A stretch of 64,000 nucleotides of DNA from assembly GCF_009914755.1 (NCBI RefSeq), contig NC_060926.1; one strand, given 5' to 3'. Origin of the DNA: the human T2T-CHM13v2.0 reference genome, Homo sapiens. Made by a program: the position numbers and the translations under genes. The notes under the pieces are model-generated. The model was not told the DNA's origin. It was given only the letters and a program-made list of their open reading frames with translations, and made no database searches. Below, one piece after another: positions 12,667 to 25,390 of the stretch. How positions within the stretch are numbered: the stretch's first letter is position 1; each line of letters opens with the position of its first letter.

Positions 12667-15600
12667 GGGAGGGGCCAAGATGGCTGAATAGAAATAGTTC
12701 CAGTTTGCAGCTCCCAGTGAGACCAACACGGAAGGTGGGTGATTTCTGCATTTCCAACTGAGGTATCCAGTTTATCTCATTGGTTAGGCAGTGGGTGCAA
12801 CCCACAGAGAGTGAGCAGAAGTACGGTGGGGTGTTGCTTCACCTGGGAAGTGCAAGGAGCCAGGGACCTCCCTCCCCCAGCCAAGGGAAGCCATGAGGGA
12901 CTGTGCTACTCACCCTGGTACTAGGCATTTCCCACAGATTTTTGCAATCCTCAGATCAGGAGATTCCCTCATAAGCCTACACCACCAGGGCCCTGGGTTT
13001 CAAGCACAAAACTGGGTGGCTATTTGGGCAGACACTGAGCTAGCTGCAGGAGATTTTTTTGTACCCCAGTGGTGCCTGTAACCCCAGTAACACAGGAGAA
13101 CTGTTCACTCCCCTGGAAAGGGGACTGAAGCCAAGGAGCCAAGTGGTCTCACTCAGCAGGTCCCACTCCCATGGAGCCCAGCCAACCAAGAACCACTGGC
13201 TTGAAATTCTCACTGCCAGTACAGCAGTCTGGAGTCTACCTGAGAAGATCCAGCTTGGTCAGGGGAGGGGCATCCACCATGACAGAGGCTTTAGAAGGCG
13301 GTTTTCCCTTGACAGTGCTTAGGAGACTGGGAGGTTTGGACTGGGCGGAATTCACCACGGTAAGTATTTACCAGTAAGTTAAATAAATCTACCTGAAACC
13401 AACAGCAGAATTCACCACAGTAAGTATTTAACAGTAAGCTAAATAAATCTACTGAAACCAACAGCAAGGCAATGCAGCTGTGGCCTGACTTCTTCTCTAA
13501 GTTCCCCCTCACTGGGCAGGGCATCTCTGAAGGAAATGCAGCAGCCCTAGGCAGGGGCTTACAGATAAAACTCTCATCTCCCTGGTACAGAGCACCTGGG
13601 GGGAGGGGTGGCTGTGGGTGCAGCTTCAGTAAACTTAACCTTTCCTGCCTGCCAGCTCTGAAGAGAGCCACTGATCCTGACAAGGGGGATTCTCTCAGCA
13701 CAGTGCACCAGCTCTGCAAAGGGACAGACTGCCTCCTCAAGTGGGTCTCTGACCCCTGTGGCTCCTGACAGGACAGACCTCCCAAAAGGGGTCAACAGGC
13801 ATCTCATACAGGAGAGATGCCATCAGGCCATCTGGTTTCCATCAGGCCAGTGCCCCTCTGGGACAAAGCTTCTTGAAGAAGGAGCAGTCAGCAATCTTCG
13901 CTGTTCTACAGCCACCACTGGTGATACCCAGGTCAACAGGGTCTGAAGTGGACCTCCAGCACACTGCAGCAGACCTGCACAAGGGGGGTCTTACTGTTAG
14001 AAGAAAACTAACAAGCAGAAAGCAACAACAACATCAACAAAAAAGACCCCCACACAAAAACCCCATCAAAAGGTCATCAGCCTCAAAGACCAAAGGTAGA
14101 TAAATCCACGAAGATGAGAAAAAAACAGTGCAAAAACGCTGAAAATTCCAAAAGCCAGAATGCCTCTTCTCCCCCAAATGATTACAACTCCTCTCCGGCA
14201 AGGGCAAAAAGCTAGACAGAGAATGAGATTGATGAATTGACAAAAGTAGGCTTCAGAAGGTGGATAATAACAAACTCCTCTGAGCTAAAGGAGGATGTCT
14301 AACCCAACTCAAGGAAGCTAAGAATCTTGATAAAAGGTTACAAGAACTGCTAACTAGAATAATCAGTTTAGAGAGGAATATAAATGACCTGATGGAGCTG
14401 AAAAACACAGCATGAGAACTTCGTGAAGCATACACAAGTAGCAATAGCTGAATTGATCAAGAGGAAGAAAAAATATCAGAGATTGGAGACCACCTTGCTG
14501 AAATAAGGCATGAAAACAAGATTAGAGAAAAAAGCATGAAAAGGAATGAACAAAGCCTCTAAGAATTATGGGACTATGTGAAAAGATCAAACCTACAATT
14601 GATTGGTGTACCTGATAGTGATGGGGAGAATGGAATCAAGTTGGAAAACACATTTTAGGATATTATCCAGGAGAACTTCTCTAATCTAGCAAGACAGGCC
14701 AACATTCAAATTTGGGAAATACAGAGAGCACCACTAAGATACTCCATGAGAAAATCAACCCCAGACACATAATCATCAGATTCTCCAAGGTTGAAATGAA
14801 AGAAAAAATGTTAAGGGCAGCCAGAGAGAAAGGTCAGGTCACCTATGAAGGGAAGCCATCAGACTAATAGCAGATCTCTCTGCAGAAAACCTACAAGCCA
14901 GAAGAAAGTAGGGGCCAATATTCAACATTCTAAAAGAAAAGGATTTGCAACCCAGAATTTCATATCCAGCCAATCTAAGCTTTATAAGTGAAGGAAAAAT
15001 AAAATCCTTTCCAGACAAGCAAATGCTGAGGGACTTTGTCACCACGAGGCCTGGCTTGCCAGAGCTCCTGAAGGGAGCACTAAATATGGAAAGAAAAAAA
15101 ACTGGTACCAGCCACTGCAAAAACACACCAAAATGTAAAGACCAATGACACTGTGAAGAAACTGCATCAACCAATGTGCCAGATAACAAGCTAGCTTCAT
15201 GATGACAGGATCAAATTCACATACAGCAATATTAAACTTAAATGTAAATGGGCTAAATCCCACCAATTAAAAGACTGGCAAATTGGATAGTCAAGACCCA
15301 CTGGTGTGCTGTATTCAGCAGACCCATCTCACGCAAACACACACATAGGCTCAAAATAAAGGGATGAAAGAATATTTACCAAGCAAATGGCAAGCAAAAA
15401 AAAGCAGGGGTTGCAATCCAAGTTTCTGATAAAACAGACTTTAAACCAACAAAGATCAACAAAGACAAAGAAGGGCATTAATGGTAAAGGGATCAATGCA
15501 ACAAGGAAGAGCTAACTATCCTAAATATATATGCACCCAATACAGGAGCACCCAAACTCATAAAACAAGTTCTTAGAAACCTACAAAGAGAATTAGATTC

Positions 15601-17929
15601 CCAGACAATAATAGTGGGAAACTTTACTACCCCACTGTCAATATTAGACACAGCAATGAGACAGAAAAGTAACAGGATATTCAGGACTTGAACTCAGCTC
15701 TGGATCTAGTAGACCTAATAGACATCTAACTCTTTAACCCAAATAACAGAATACACATTCTTCTTAGCACCACATGGCACTTATTCTAAAATTGACCACA
15801 TAATTGGAAGTAAAACACTTCTCAGCAAATGCAAAAGAACAGAATTCATAACAGTCTCTCAGACCACAGTGCAATTAAATTAGAACTCAGGATTCAGAAA
15901 CTCACTCAAAACTGAACAACTACATGAAAATCAAACAACCTGCTCCTGAAAGACTCCTGGGTAAATAATGAAATTAAGGCAGAAATAAATAAGTTATTTG
16001 AAACCAATGAGAACAAAGAGACAACGTACCAGAATCACTGGGACACAGCTAAGGCAGTGTTAAGAGGTAAATTTATAGCACTTAATGCCCACATCAGAAA
16101 GCTAGAAAGATCTTAAACTGACATCCTAACATCACAGTTAAAGAACTAGAGAAGCAAGAGCAAACAAATTCAAAAGCTAGCAGAAAATAAAGTACTTAGG
16201 AATAAAACGTGAAGGACCTCTTCAAGGAGAACTACGAACCACTCTACTCAATGAAATAAAAGAGGATACAAATAAATGGAAGAACATTCCATGCTCATGG
16301 ATAGGAAGAATCAATATCGTGAAAATGGCCACACTGCCCAAAGTAATTTGTAGATTCAATGCTATTCCCATCAAGCTACCAGTGACTTTCTTCACAGAAT
16401 TAGAAAATAACTACTTTAAATTTCATGTGGAACAAAAAAGAACCTGAATAGCCCAGACAATTCTAAATAAAAAGAACAAAGCTGGAGGCATCACACTACC
16501 TGACTTCAAACTATACTACAATGCTACAGTAACCAAAACAGCATGGTACTGGTACCAAAACAGATATATAGACAAATGGAACAGAACAAAGGCCTCAGAA
16601 ATAACCCCACCCATCTATGACCATCTGATCTTTGACAAACCTGACAAAAACAAGCAATGGGGAAAGGATTCCCTATTTAATAAATGGTGTTGGGAAAAGT
16701 GGCTAGCCATATGCAGAAAACAGAAATTGGACCTCTTCCTATATCTTACACAAAAATTAACTCAAAATGGATTAAAGACTGAGATGTAAAATTCAAAACC
16801 ATAAAATCCCTAGAAGAAAACCTAGGCAATACCATTCAGGGCTAGCAAAAGGGCATGGACAAAGACTTTATGATTTAAACACCAAAAGCAATTCCAGCAG
16901 AAGCCAGAATTGACAAATTAGATCTAATTAAACTAAAGAGCTTCTGCACAGCAAAATAAACTAGCATCAGAGTGAACAGGCAACCTCCAAAATGGGCGAA
17001 AATGTTTACAATCTACCCATTTGACAAAGTTCTAATATCCATAATCTATAAGAAACTTAAATTTACAAGAAAAAAACAACCCCATCAAAAAGTGGGCAAA
17101 GGATATGAACAGATACTTCTCAAAGGAAGACATTTATGTGGCCAAGAAACACATGAAAAAAAGGTAACATCACTGGTCATTAGAGAAATGCAAATGAAAA
17201 CCACAATGAGACACCATCTCAGGTCAGTCAGAATGGTGATCATTAAAAAGTCAGGAGACAACAGATGCTGGTGGGGCTGTGAAGAAATAGAACACTTACG
17301 CTGTTGGTGGGAGTGTAAATTATTTCGACCATTGTGGAAAACAGTGTGACAATTCCTCAAGAATCTAGAACCAGAAATACCATATGACCCACCAATCCCA
17401 TTAGTGGGTATATAACCAAAGGATTATAAATCATTCTGCTATAAAGACACATGCACACATATGTTTATTACAGCACTATTCACAATAGCAAAGACTTGGA
17501 ACCAACCTAAATGCCCATCAATATAGACTGGATAAAGAATATGTGGTACATATACACCATGAAATACTATGCAGCCATAAAAAAGAATGAGATCATGTTG
17601 ATTGCAGGGACATGGATGAAGCTGGAAGCCATCATTCTCAGCAAACTAACACAGGAACAGAAAACCAGACACCATATGTTTTCACTCATAAGTGGGAGTT
17701 GAACAATGAGAACACATGGACACAGGGAGGGGAACATCATACACCGGGGTCTGTCGGGGGGTGGGGGGCAAGGGGAGGGAGAGCATTAGGATAAATACCT
17801 AATGTATGTGGGACTTAAAACCTAGATGACAGGTTCATAGGTACAGCAAATCACCATGGCACACGTATAGCTATGTAACAAACCTGGATGTTCTGCATAT
17901 GTATCCCAGAACTTAAAATATAAAAAAAT
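12667..17929 (+). mobile_element. LINE-1 (L1PA7/L1PA8-like) with both ends and an internal ORF2 deletion at about 16185
   Basis: 5' 'gggaggggccaagatggctgaata'; ORF1 and endonuclease remnants; 3'UTR G-tract and 'tatcccagaacttaaaata' tail; TSD aagaacttaatactg (12643-12657) / aataacttaatagtg (17930-17944). Confidence 0.93.
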
Positions 17930-18494
17930 AATAACTTAATAGTGTGCTGTGCATGTTAGTATAAGGTGTAATTATGAGAGCTTAGAAAGCTCTCAACAAA
18001 TGTTAGCTAAGCTATTATTATTACTAATGAAGTCAAGGCCAGGCTTTATCATTTTAATTTATGAAGAATTTACAACTGCTACGGATCTTGTCTACTGGCT
18101 TCTGTTTCAACACAGTGACCATCACTCTTTGCCCAGACTCTTCTGCCTTAGAGTCATTACCACCAGACTCTTGAAGATAAGTGACCCAAAGCCAGTGTTA
18201 GATGGCTTCTAACTTAGCCTTCTGTTGCTGCCAAGGCACTTGGGTTTTGCATTGCTTCCATAAGCAAAGTCCCCTTGGAATTGCAGTCCTCCAATAAAAG
18301 AAAGGACCTTGACCTCTGAACACTTATGAGGACTTGGGCACTGCCTCTACTATCCAGTCCTCTATTTGGGTCTGTGGATTCTGCCTGTTAGATCAGTCTG
18401 AAAGCATCTCCTCCACGGAAAAGTGGGAAGTCTCACATCCTTCTCTTTCAATAGCCTGAGACATGGAATAGCTCTTCCATTCCTCAAGGCCAAG

Positions 18495-18710
18495 AGTGCT
18501 CCAATTCTTTTCTGAAAAAGGACTGAATAATTATCTCAGTCTATGAGAGTCATACGGTCTCTGTAACAACTGTTCGACTTTTCCACTGTTGCACAAACAC
18601 AGCCATGGAGGATACATAAATTACTAGGCATAACTGTTTGAATTTATTTATTTATTTTTATAGAAATAAAATGTATGTAGGGTCTGTGGGCTTAGTTTAT
18701 GGAACCCAGC
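18495..18710 (-). mobile_element. MER58A-like hAT-Charlie DNA transposon
   Basis: 'catacggtctctgtaacaactgttcgacttttccactgttgcacaaacacagccatgga' resembles the MER58A core; opposite orientation to the copy at 46195. Confidence 0.7.
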
Positions 18711-19529
18711 TCTGGGCCAGTGGCAGGCTCTTCCCCTTTCAGCTTACTTTATTCTGTTGGACTCCACAATCTCAGAATAACCATGCAGGGCCATTGATTG
18801 TGCCAACGGTATGACATGAGCCACAAGCAGAGCAAAAGTAAATTTATTTCCCCTTTTTAATCTTTTTTAAAAACTACATTTTAGAAATGACACTTAGAAT
18901 ATATCTCAACCTTGCTTTTTTCCATTCTCCATTAATAAGTAACTCAAGCCTCTGCTCCCAGGATTAGGATCTATAAGCAACATAACCAGAAGCTGTCACT
19001 GGTGGTTAGGGACACCCCAGAGGGAGTGTGCCTCACATTTGCAGTATTGTCTTAAGTTTGCTTTCCTATCTGGAAGCAGGTGGAGTTTCAGGCTTCTCAT
19101 CATTGTAAAAATAATGTAATCCTCATCTCAAATTGGAAAAGGCTCTCAGGAATCAAACCTCAAATATGCTGCTGGTATTTCACGAAGAGAGTAGCAGATC
19201 TTAACTGAGAAAATGGAATTACCAACCTCTAGCGTTGCTCTTAGGAGTTAATGACAGAGCCGGGAACTGCTCCTCCTGTAATCTGGGGCCAATCCTCATA
19301 TTGAATTTCTGCTTTGGTCTCATGAATGCTAGCCTGATCAGACGCCATGCTGTACTGCTTAATCCCTTCTCTTTCTGTTGCATATTCATTTACTTCCTCT
19401 CAGCTGAATTGTTTCTAAACACACTGGAGTTCCTCCCAATTAACACGAAAACAAAAATAAACAAATCTTTCTCCTTACCCTCTCCCCATATCTTCTATCT
19501 CCCCTTTGGTTGTCTATAATCATTGTCAG

Positions 19530-19900
19530 CATTTATGCCACTTACCTCTCAGTCTTCCAATCTAGTTACTATCCTCATCTTTCCACAAAATCATCTTGTT
19601 AAAGTAACCCATAACATGTAGATTGTTAAATTCAATGAGCATTTTTCTCTTCTCAGTTTATTTGATTCTCAAAAACCTCTGATACAATTGACCTCTCTGT
19701 CTGTGAAAACGTTCTATTAAGTTGGTGCAAAACTAATCACGGTTTTTGCCATTGAAAATCATGGCAAAAACTGCAGTCACTTTTGCACCAACTAAATACT
19801 TCCTGAGTTTCCATGAAAAACCTCTTCCTACATATTCTTTTCTTTCTCTTTCTGGCCACTCACACTGCCCATTTTAGTGCTACATTTTCTCATCTTTACT
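19530..19900 (+). mobile_element. L2 fragment hosting a MADE1
   Basis: 'cttgttaaagtaacccataac...gttaaattcaatgagcatttttctcttctc' is an L2 ORF2-like motif. Confidence 0.55.
19717..19796. mobile_element. MADE1 (Hsmar1-derived 80-bp MITE)
   Basis: Inverted repeats 'ttaagttggtgcaaaa...ttttgcaccaactaaa' flanked by TA. Confidence 0.9.
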
Positions 19901-22003
19901 ACCTGAGTGTCATGAGGTTCTTACTTCATGCTAACCACTAGGCAAATATTAGAATACAACCTATATTAATTAATAAGTGAAACTCTATAATTTTGATGTA
20001 GTAAGGATTTAGTGTGTGCTGCTCCCAGCCCCTCTTCCTTCCTGAATTCTAGTTCTTAAAAAAAAATAGTCTTGTTTTTGAATTCTGAGTATAGTCTTAG
20101 TTTTCCATGATAGCAATTGATATCAGAGGGGCCCAATGGAAACTTTGTATTCACTTAATCTTTAATTGACTCTCCCTCACCTAAAGCTTAAATTCTACCA
20201 TGTCCATATGCCCCTCTGATCACTGACACATCTGTTGGGGCCAGTTCCAAATTATGTAGCTCCCTCCCTCTTGACTTTATGACATCTGTCAGTTGAAGAA
20301 TAATTTTAAAGCCAAAAGACTTTTATGATAGCAAATCATACTAATGGTTCCAATTGATTCAAGTACTTACAGGACAGGTTTCGTGAGAGAATAAGACTCT
20401 AATTAAACCATTAATATTACAGATAAAGGGCCCCAAGGCCCCAGAATATGGGCTGTGAGACGGGTGGTACGATGGAAAAGGCAGGCAAGTTCAGATATAC
20501 CAACAAATAGAAATCTAGAAACACAGTATGAAATGATGCTTAACTTAATTGAAGTAAGTCCCAGATAAGGAAAATAAGTTATGCTACCAAATATTTCTAC
20601 TCCATTATTTTTGCCTAAGACTCTTCTTCAATTATGCCCTGAGGGCCACCATTCAATCTTAACCTTGAGAATACTGACTGTTTTTCTCCAGGGATACAAT
20701 TTTGGCCTTCATTTCAGGATAATATAATGTCTGATAATTTCACGTCTTTCGGTCTCTGCTGTATTGTCTGAAAATTAACCCATGGATCAAGAGTTATAAT
20801 ATAGAAAAGACAAACAACTAGACAGTCTCAGTGAGACCTATAACAACACTCCAATGGGATGGTGGCATTTAAGATAGATGGCAAATGCCAATTCTGAGGC
20901 ACTTCTGTAAGAATCTTGTGTTTCCCATTAGAGAAATAATGAAGTTTCCATAAAATTTGCAAGTTTAAAATTGCAAACCCAACTCTTGGGAGAAAATTGG
21001 GTGAATCACAAGTGATTGTTGCTTAAGTTTCACATTAGTAAATATACTGGCTGTGTTGGTATTATTCAAAACTCGGAGCCACAAAATACATTTTTGTATC
21101 ATTTTATTTGTAGAAGAATGACACAATTATTTTCAGAATAATTAACTCCTCAGCTTAGTGACAATTATGTTCCATTATAATAATTAAAATCACACCCTGC
21201 TGTTTGGATGGACTCAATAGAATAATGATTTCTTAGGGGAAGATTTAATTGGATCATTATTTTTTCTCCAGCATTAAAAATATCTGTAAATTATTTCAAC
21301 TCATTGTACTACTGCTTAATTTTGAATTTTCTAGCTGTCCTATGGAAAGAAATATCATTAGAAAGATGGCAGTCTCAATCCACCCTTGAACTACGTGTGC
21401 ATAATAATTGTTGCTGGAGGTATGCCAGGGCTTGGTAAAATGCAGAACTGATGGCTTGGCATAGCAGCAGGGCCACAGATGGTGGGAGTACCTGAAATCA
21501 GGTGGGTAGGAGCAGGTGGTGAGCTGAATAGTGGTATTTCAGAGTGGTCCGTCGAAGGAAGAACTCACTCTGGTAAATAAGTGGGAGAATAAGAGTAAAT
21601 ATCAAATGCTTTCCTGTGGATGAAGTTGGTTAGAGCTTGGAAGGGTATTAGGACCCTAGGCAAATGGGTTGGAATTCAAGAGAGCACTCCTGCTTGAAGA
21701 AGAAACTGAAGTATAAGGCAGAAAACTGAGTGGAAGTGGGGAATGTGCTAGACCAATAAGTCAGGGGTAGCGAAGAGCTAAGCCCTTTGACCACTGTAAT
21801 GTTCTAGTTTACCCTGAAGTACATCAGGTACGGAAATAATAGCAGTGAGATTATCAGCCCTTCTTAGGTAGACCATATATTGGTAGGTACTACTACAGCT
21901 ACAGCTATGTCTTAGCCTGAATTATATACTGAATGCAGAAAGTGGGAAATGCTATTCAGGTTCACTTAGGGAGGTGTTAGAGGTCTTAAAAAGAAAAGCC
22001 TAT

Positions 22004-22310
22004 GGTATGGGCGTGGTGGCTCACACATGTAATCCCAGCACTTTGGGGGCCAAGGTGGGCAGATCACCTGAGGTCAGGAGTTCAAGACCAGCCTAGCCAA
22101 CATGATGAAACCCAGTATCTACTAAAAATACAAAAATTAGCTGGGCATGGTGGTGGGCACCTGTAATCCCAGCTACCCAGGAGGCTGAGGCAGGATGAAT
22201 TGCTTGAATCTGGGAGGTGGAGGTTGCAGTGAGCTGAGATCGTATCACTTAAATCCAGCCTGGGTGACAGAAGGAGACTCTGTCTCGAGAGAGGAAAAAA
22301 AACAAAAACA
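22004..22310 (+). mobile_element. Alu (AluSx/Sz-like)
   Basis: Full dimer with 'atcacctgaggtcaggagttc'; degenerate TSD aaaa(g/a)ccta. Confidence 0.95.
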
Positions 22311-23216
22311 AAAACCTAAACCCAAAGCTTTAAGGCAAGAGAGTAAGAAGCAATAAACCCTGAAGTGTGCTTATTTTTTAGAAAAGGGTAGGTTGCTCGG
22401 CAGCCCCTTGTGTATGCCCTTTCAGTGTGATGACTTGGGACTAACACGTAGTTTGTAAACCAAATGGTCAGAGCCCACTAGACTGAAAGCTCTAAGCACT
22501 TAACACCGTTTGCTACAGAGTAGGGGCTTTATACATCGTTGTTGAATAAAAATGAACTGATTAATAAAGGACTGCATGTGAATTCTGTCACTTGCAGAGT
22601 TCCCAGACTCTGTAGACATGGCGGTGGAGTCAGGGATCATGGTCCTTTGGGTGGTTCTTTATTATTTCATGATTCTGTTTCTAACCACTTTCATTTTCTT
22701 ATGGTGAATGCATATCTCATGAAGCTAAAACTTTCCAGCCTCCACAGGGACAGGGAAACATTCTGAATCCTGGGAGAGCATAATTGCTCCAAAGACAATA
22801 GTACAAGAGCAGAGGGGACAAAGTTTCTAAGTAGGGCTAGAGTTGACCTGGGAACTAGGGTGAGACAGGTGTCTCTGTAAGAATTCCTATTCATAACATA
22901 AAAGAACCTGAGAAGGTAGACAGGCATCTTTCTTGAGGAGACCCAGGTGTCCTGGACCCGATTTCTTGACTCTGAGTTAGTACAACTGAACTCACTCCTA
23001 ACGGAGGGACTCGATAGTAACATGACCTAGGAAAGTAGAAATTCTTGATCTTATTCTATAGAAGAAGCTATACAATCTTCTTGTGGTTCAGTGCTGGGAT
23101 GAGAAGACTAAGGGTTTTATTTTGCCTGGTTTTTGACTTTAACAATTTAGAGAGTCAGGACTGACAATGTCTAGAAGGAAGTTTATTTTGCAAAACAATA
23201 GGGATCAGAATCCCCC

Positions 23217-23634
23217 TGATATAGTTTGGATATTTGTCTCCACCCAAATCTTATGTTGAAATGTAATTTTCAAGTTTAGAGGTGGGGCCTGGTAGGAAGT
23301 GTTTGGGTCATGGGGGTAGATCCCTCATGGCTTAGTATCATCCTCACTGTAGTGATTTCTCATGGTAGTGAGTTCTTGTGAGATCTGGTTATTTAAAACT
23401 ATGCGGCACCCCCCCACAACGCTCTCTTACTCCTGCTTTTGCCATATGATATGTCTACTCCCACTTCCCCTTCCGCCATAAGTACAAACTCCCTGAGGCT
23501 TCTCCAGAAGCCAAGCAGATGCCAGTGCCATGCTTGTACAGCCTGCAGGGCCATGAGCCAATTAACCCTCTTTTCATTATAAATTATCCAGTCTCAGGTA
23601 TTTCTTTACAGCAATGCGAGAACAGCCTAACATA
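23217..23634 (+). mobile_element. MST (MSTB-like) MaLR solo LTR
   Basis: Starts 'tgatatagtttggatatttgtc', ends 'gcaatgcgagaacagcctaacata'; TSD ccccc (23212-23216 / 23635-23639). Confidence 0.9.
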
Positions 23635-23859
23635 CCCCCATAGTCAGTGAGGCAAAGTCTCACTAATGTGGAGTCTAGTAGGATCATCTAAGGACAATCA
23701 CGTGTCCTCTGCAGGTTGTTTAGAATTGGCACCACTTATGTCCCACATTTTAATCCATCCATAAAATCAAGCCAAGTATGTCTGCAAACACCTTTTTAAA
23801 GTCATTCACCCCATATCCTTATTTGCTCTAAACTAAACACTTTCAATTCTTCCCACCAC

Positions 23860-24250
23860 AACGACCTCAAATATTTATTTCTGCACCTTACTACTGTGTC
23901 TCTGTCAGGATCCTTTTCTTGGTGATTACTTGGCCTAACTCTGATATTTGAGTCTTTGTCTTCCTGTAATATCGTTAACATCACTTTCTTCCAATCATTG
24001 TACTGATCATGTGAAACAGATGCTAGAATTTTATCTTTTCCATTGCACAACATTTTACAGAGTGACATATACTTAACTATAAGCTTAACTATAAGCTTAT
24101 AGTTTATAACGCTTAACTATAAGCTTATAGTTTATAACACTAAACTATAAGCTTGAGGACATGAAGCTTGCATTCTTATCATTATATTCCTAGCCCCTGG
24201 CACAATGGTTGTCTGTTAGTACATATTGGTTGAATGAATGAATGAACAAA
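23860..24250 (+). mobile_element. L2 3' end
   Basis: 'tattcctagcccctggcacaatggttg...atattggttgaatgaatgaatgaa' is the L2 terminal signature. Confidence 0.7.
24072..24154. repeat. Short palindromic tandem array (cttaactataag / cttatagttt units)
   Basis: Perfect 18-bp palindrome aactataagcttatagtt at 24087-24104 and 24115-24132. Confidence 0.9.
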
Positions 24251-24399
24251 TATAGATCTTCCTAATATTTTGAGTTCTGAGAGTTTATAAAAAGTGATCT
24301 TTATAAAATGAAAGCTGGGATCGTTTTTGAAAGATTCTACATCTTCTTGGCATTATTATTATGTAGCGTGGCATGTTTCTTGCCCTTGAATATCCTCTC

Positions 24400-25390
24400 G
24401 TCTACTGGGGAAACCGGATATCTAACTAGAATGTAGGTGGGGCCATGGTAAAGATTTACATAGGGTGTTGTGAGAAGATAGGGGACAATCATACAATCCT
24501 TTAAGGTCAGGATGAGGAATTCATGCTTAATAAGAGTTTTAAATATTGAACAGTAATAAAACAGATGGAGGAGAGTGGAGAGTGGTCTCTGGGAGGGTTG
24601 GGTAGGGAAAGGTACAGCATTTTACTACCAGAGGGTCATTACAAAAAAGGCAAGAAGTGTGACATAGGGTAGTTGCCTGCAATCCAGTGCTCCCGGGGCA
24701 TCAAGTTCCAGGCAGAGAAAGAACTAAATAAGTCTGAGAGGTAGAAGAAATCAGATCACAGAGGGCTTTTATACTTGACATAGATTTTAAGTTTTATTCT
24801 GTGGACGCTTGAGGATAGCATGGATAATTTGCAATTTGGAAAACTCTGGAAGATGAGCAAAGGATTAATGAGGTGGGCAAATCTGAAGGCAGGGAAACTA
24901 GTCAGAAAAATATAGCAGTAGTTTGCAGGAGAGAAATATGAGAACCTGAGCAAGGCAAAAATAGATGTGAAAATAAAGTGTCTAAACTTGGTGCTTGAGT
25001 GGCTAGAGGTCTGAAAGTTATGCTGGAGTCAAGAATAGTTTTCAGGTTACTAATTAGGCAGAACTGTTGGAGGGTTGTGACACTAATTGAAACAGAGACT
25101 GCAAGAGGAGGAAAGTGAGGAATTCTGCTCTGAGTAAGGTGTCTGCAGAACATCCACATGAGCATGTCTGCTATGCAATGGACTGTAAGAATTTGAAGTT
25201 TGAGGAGAAAAGACTGACAATGTCAGTTTGGAAATCATTAGCATATAGCAGTTAAAACCATGAGAATGTATGAGCTCACTCAGTGAGTGAATAGAAAAGA
25301 GCATAGAACTGAGCACTGAAATGGAGTAAATAACTACATTTGAGTAGTGCACAGAGAAAGAAACATCTATAAATTTAACCAATAAGTATC
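24400..25390 (-). mobile_element. L2 fragment
   Basis: Purine-rich antisense L2 motifs 'cagatcacagagggctttt...agattttaagttttattct' and 'tttggaaatcattagcatatagc'. Confidence 0.7.

Noticed and set aside
13348-13466. Direct repeats as a CRISPR-like array
   Set aside because: Two adjacent copies with no unique spacers, eukaryotic context and no cas genes
16841-16860. Short non-consensus 'gctagcaaaag' resembling the 16176 deletion breakpoint
   Set aside because: The match is too short to distinguish from chance
17745-17781. G-quadruplex motif
   Set aside because: Ordinary L1PA 3'UTR G-tract
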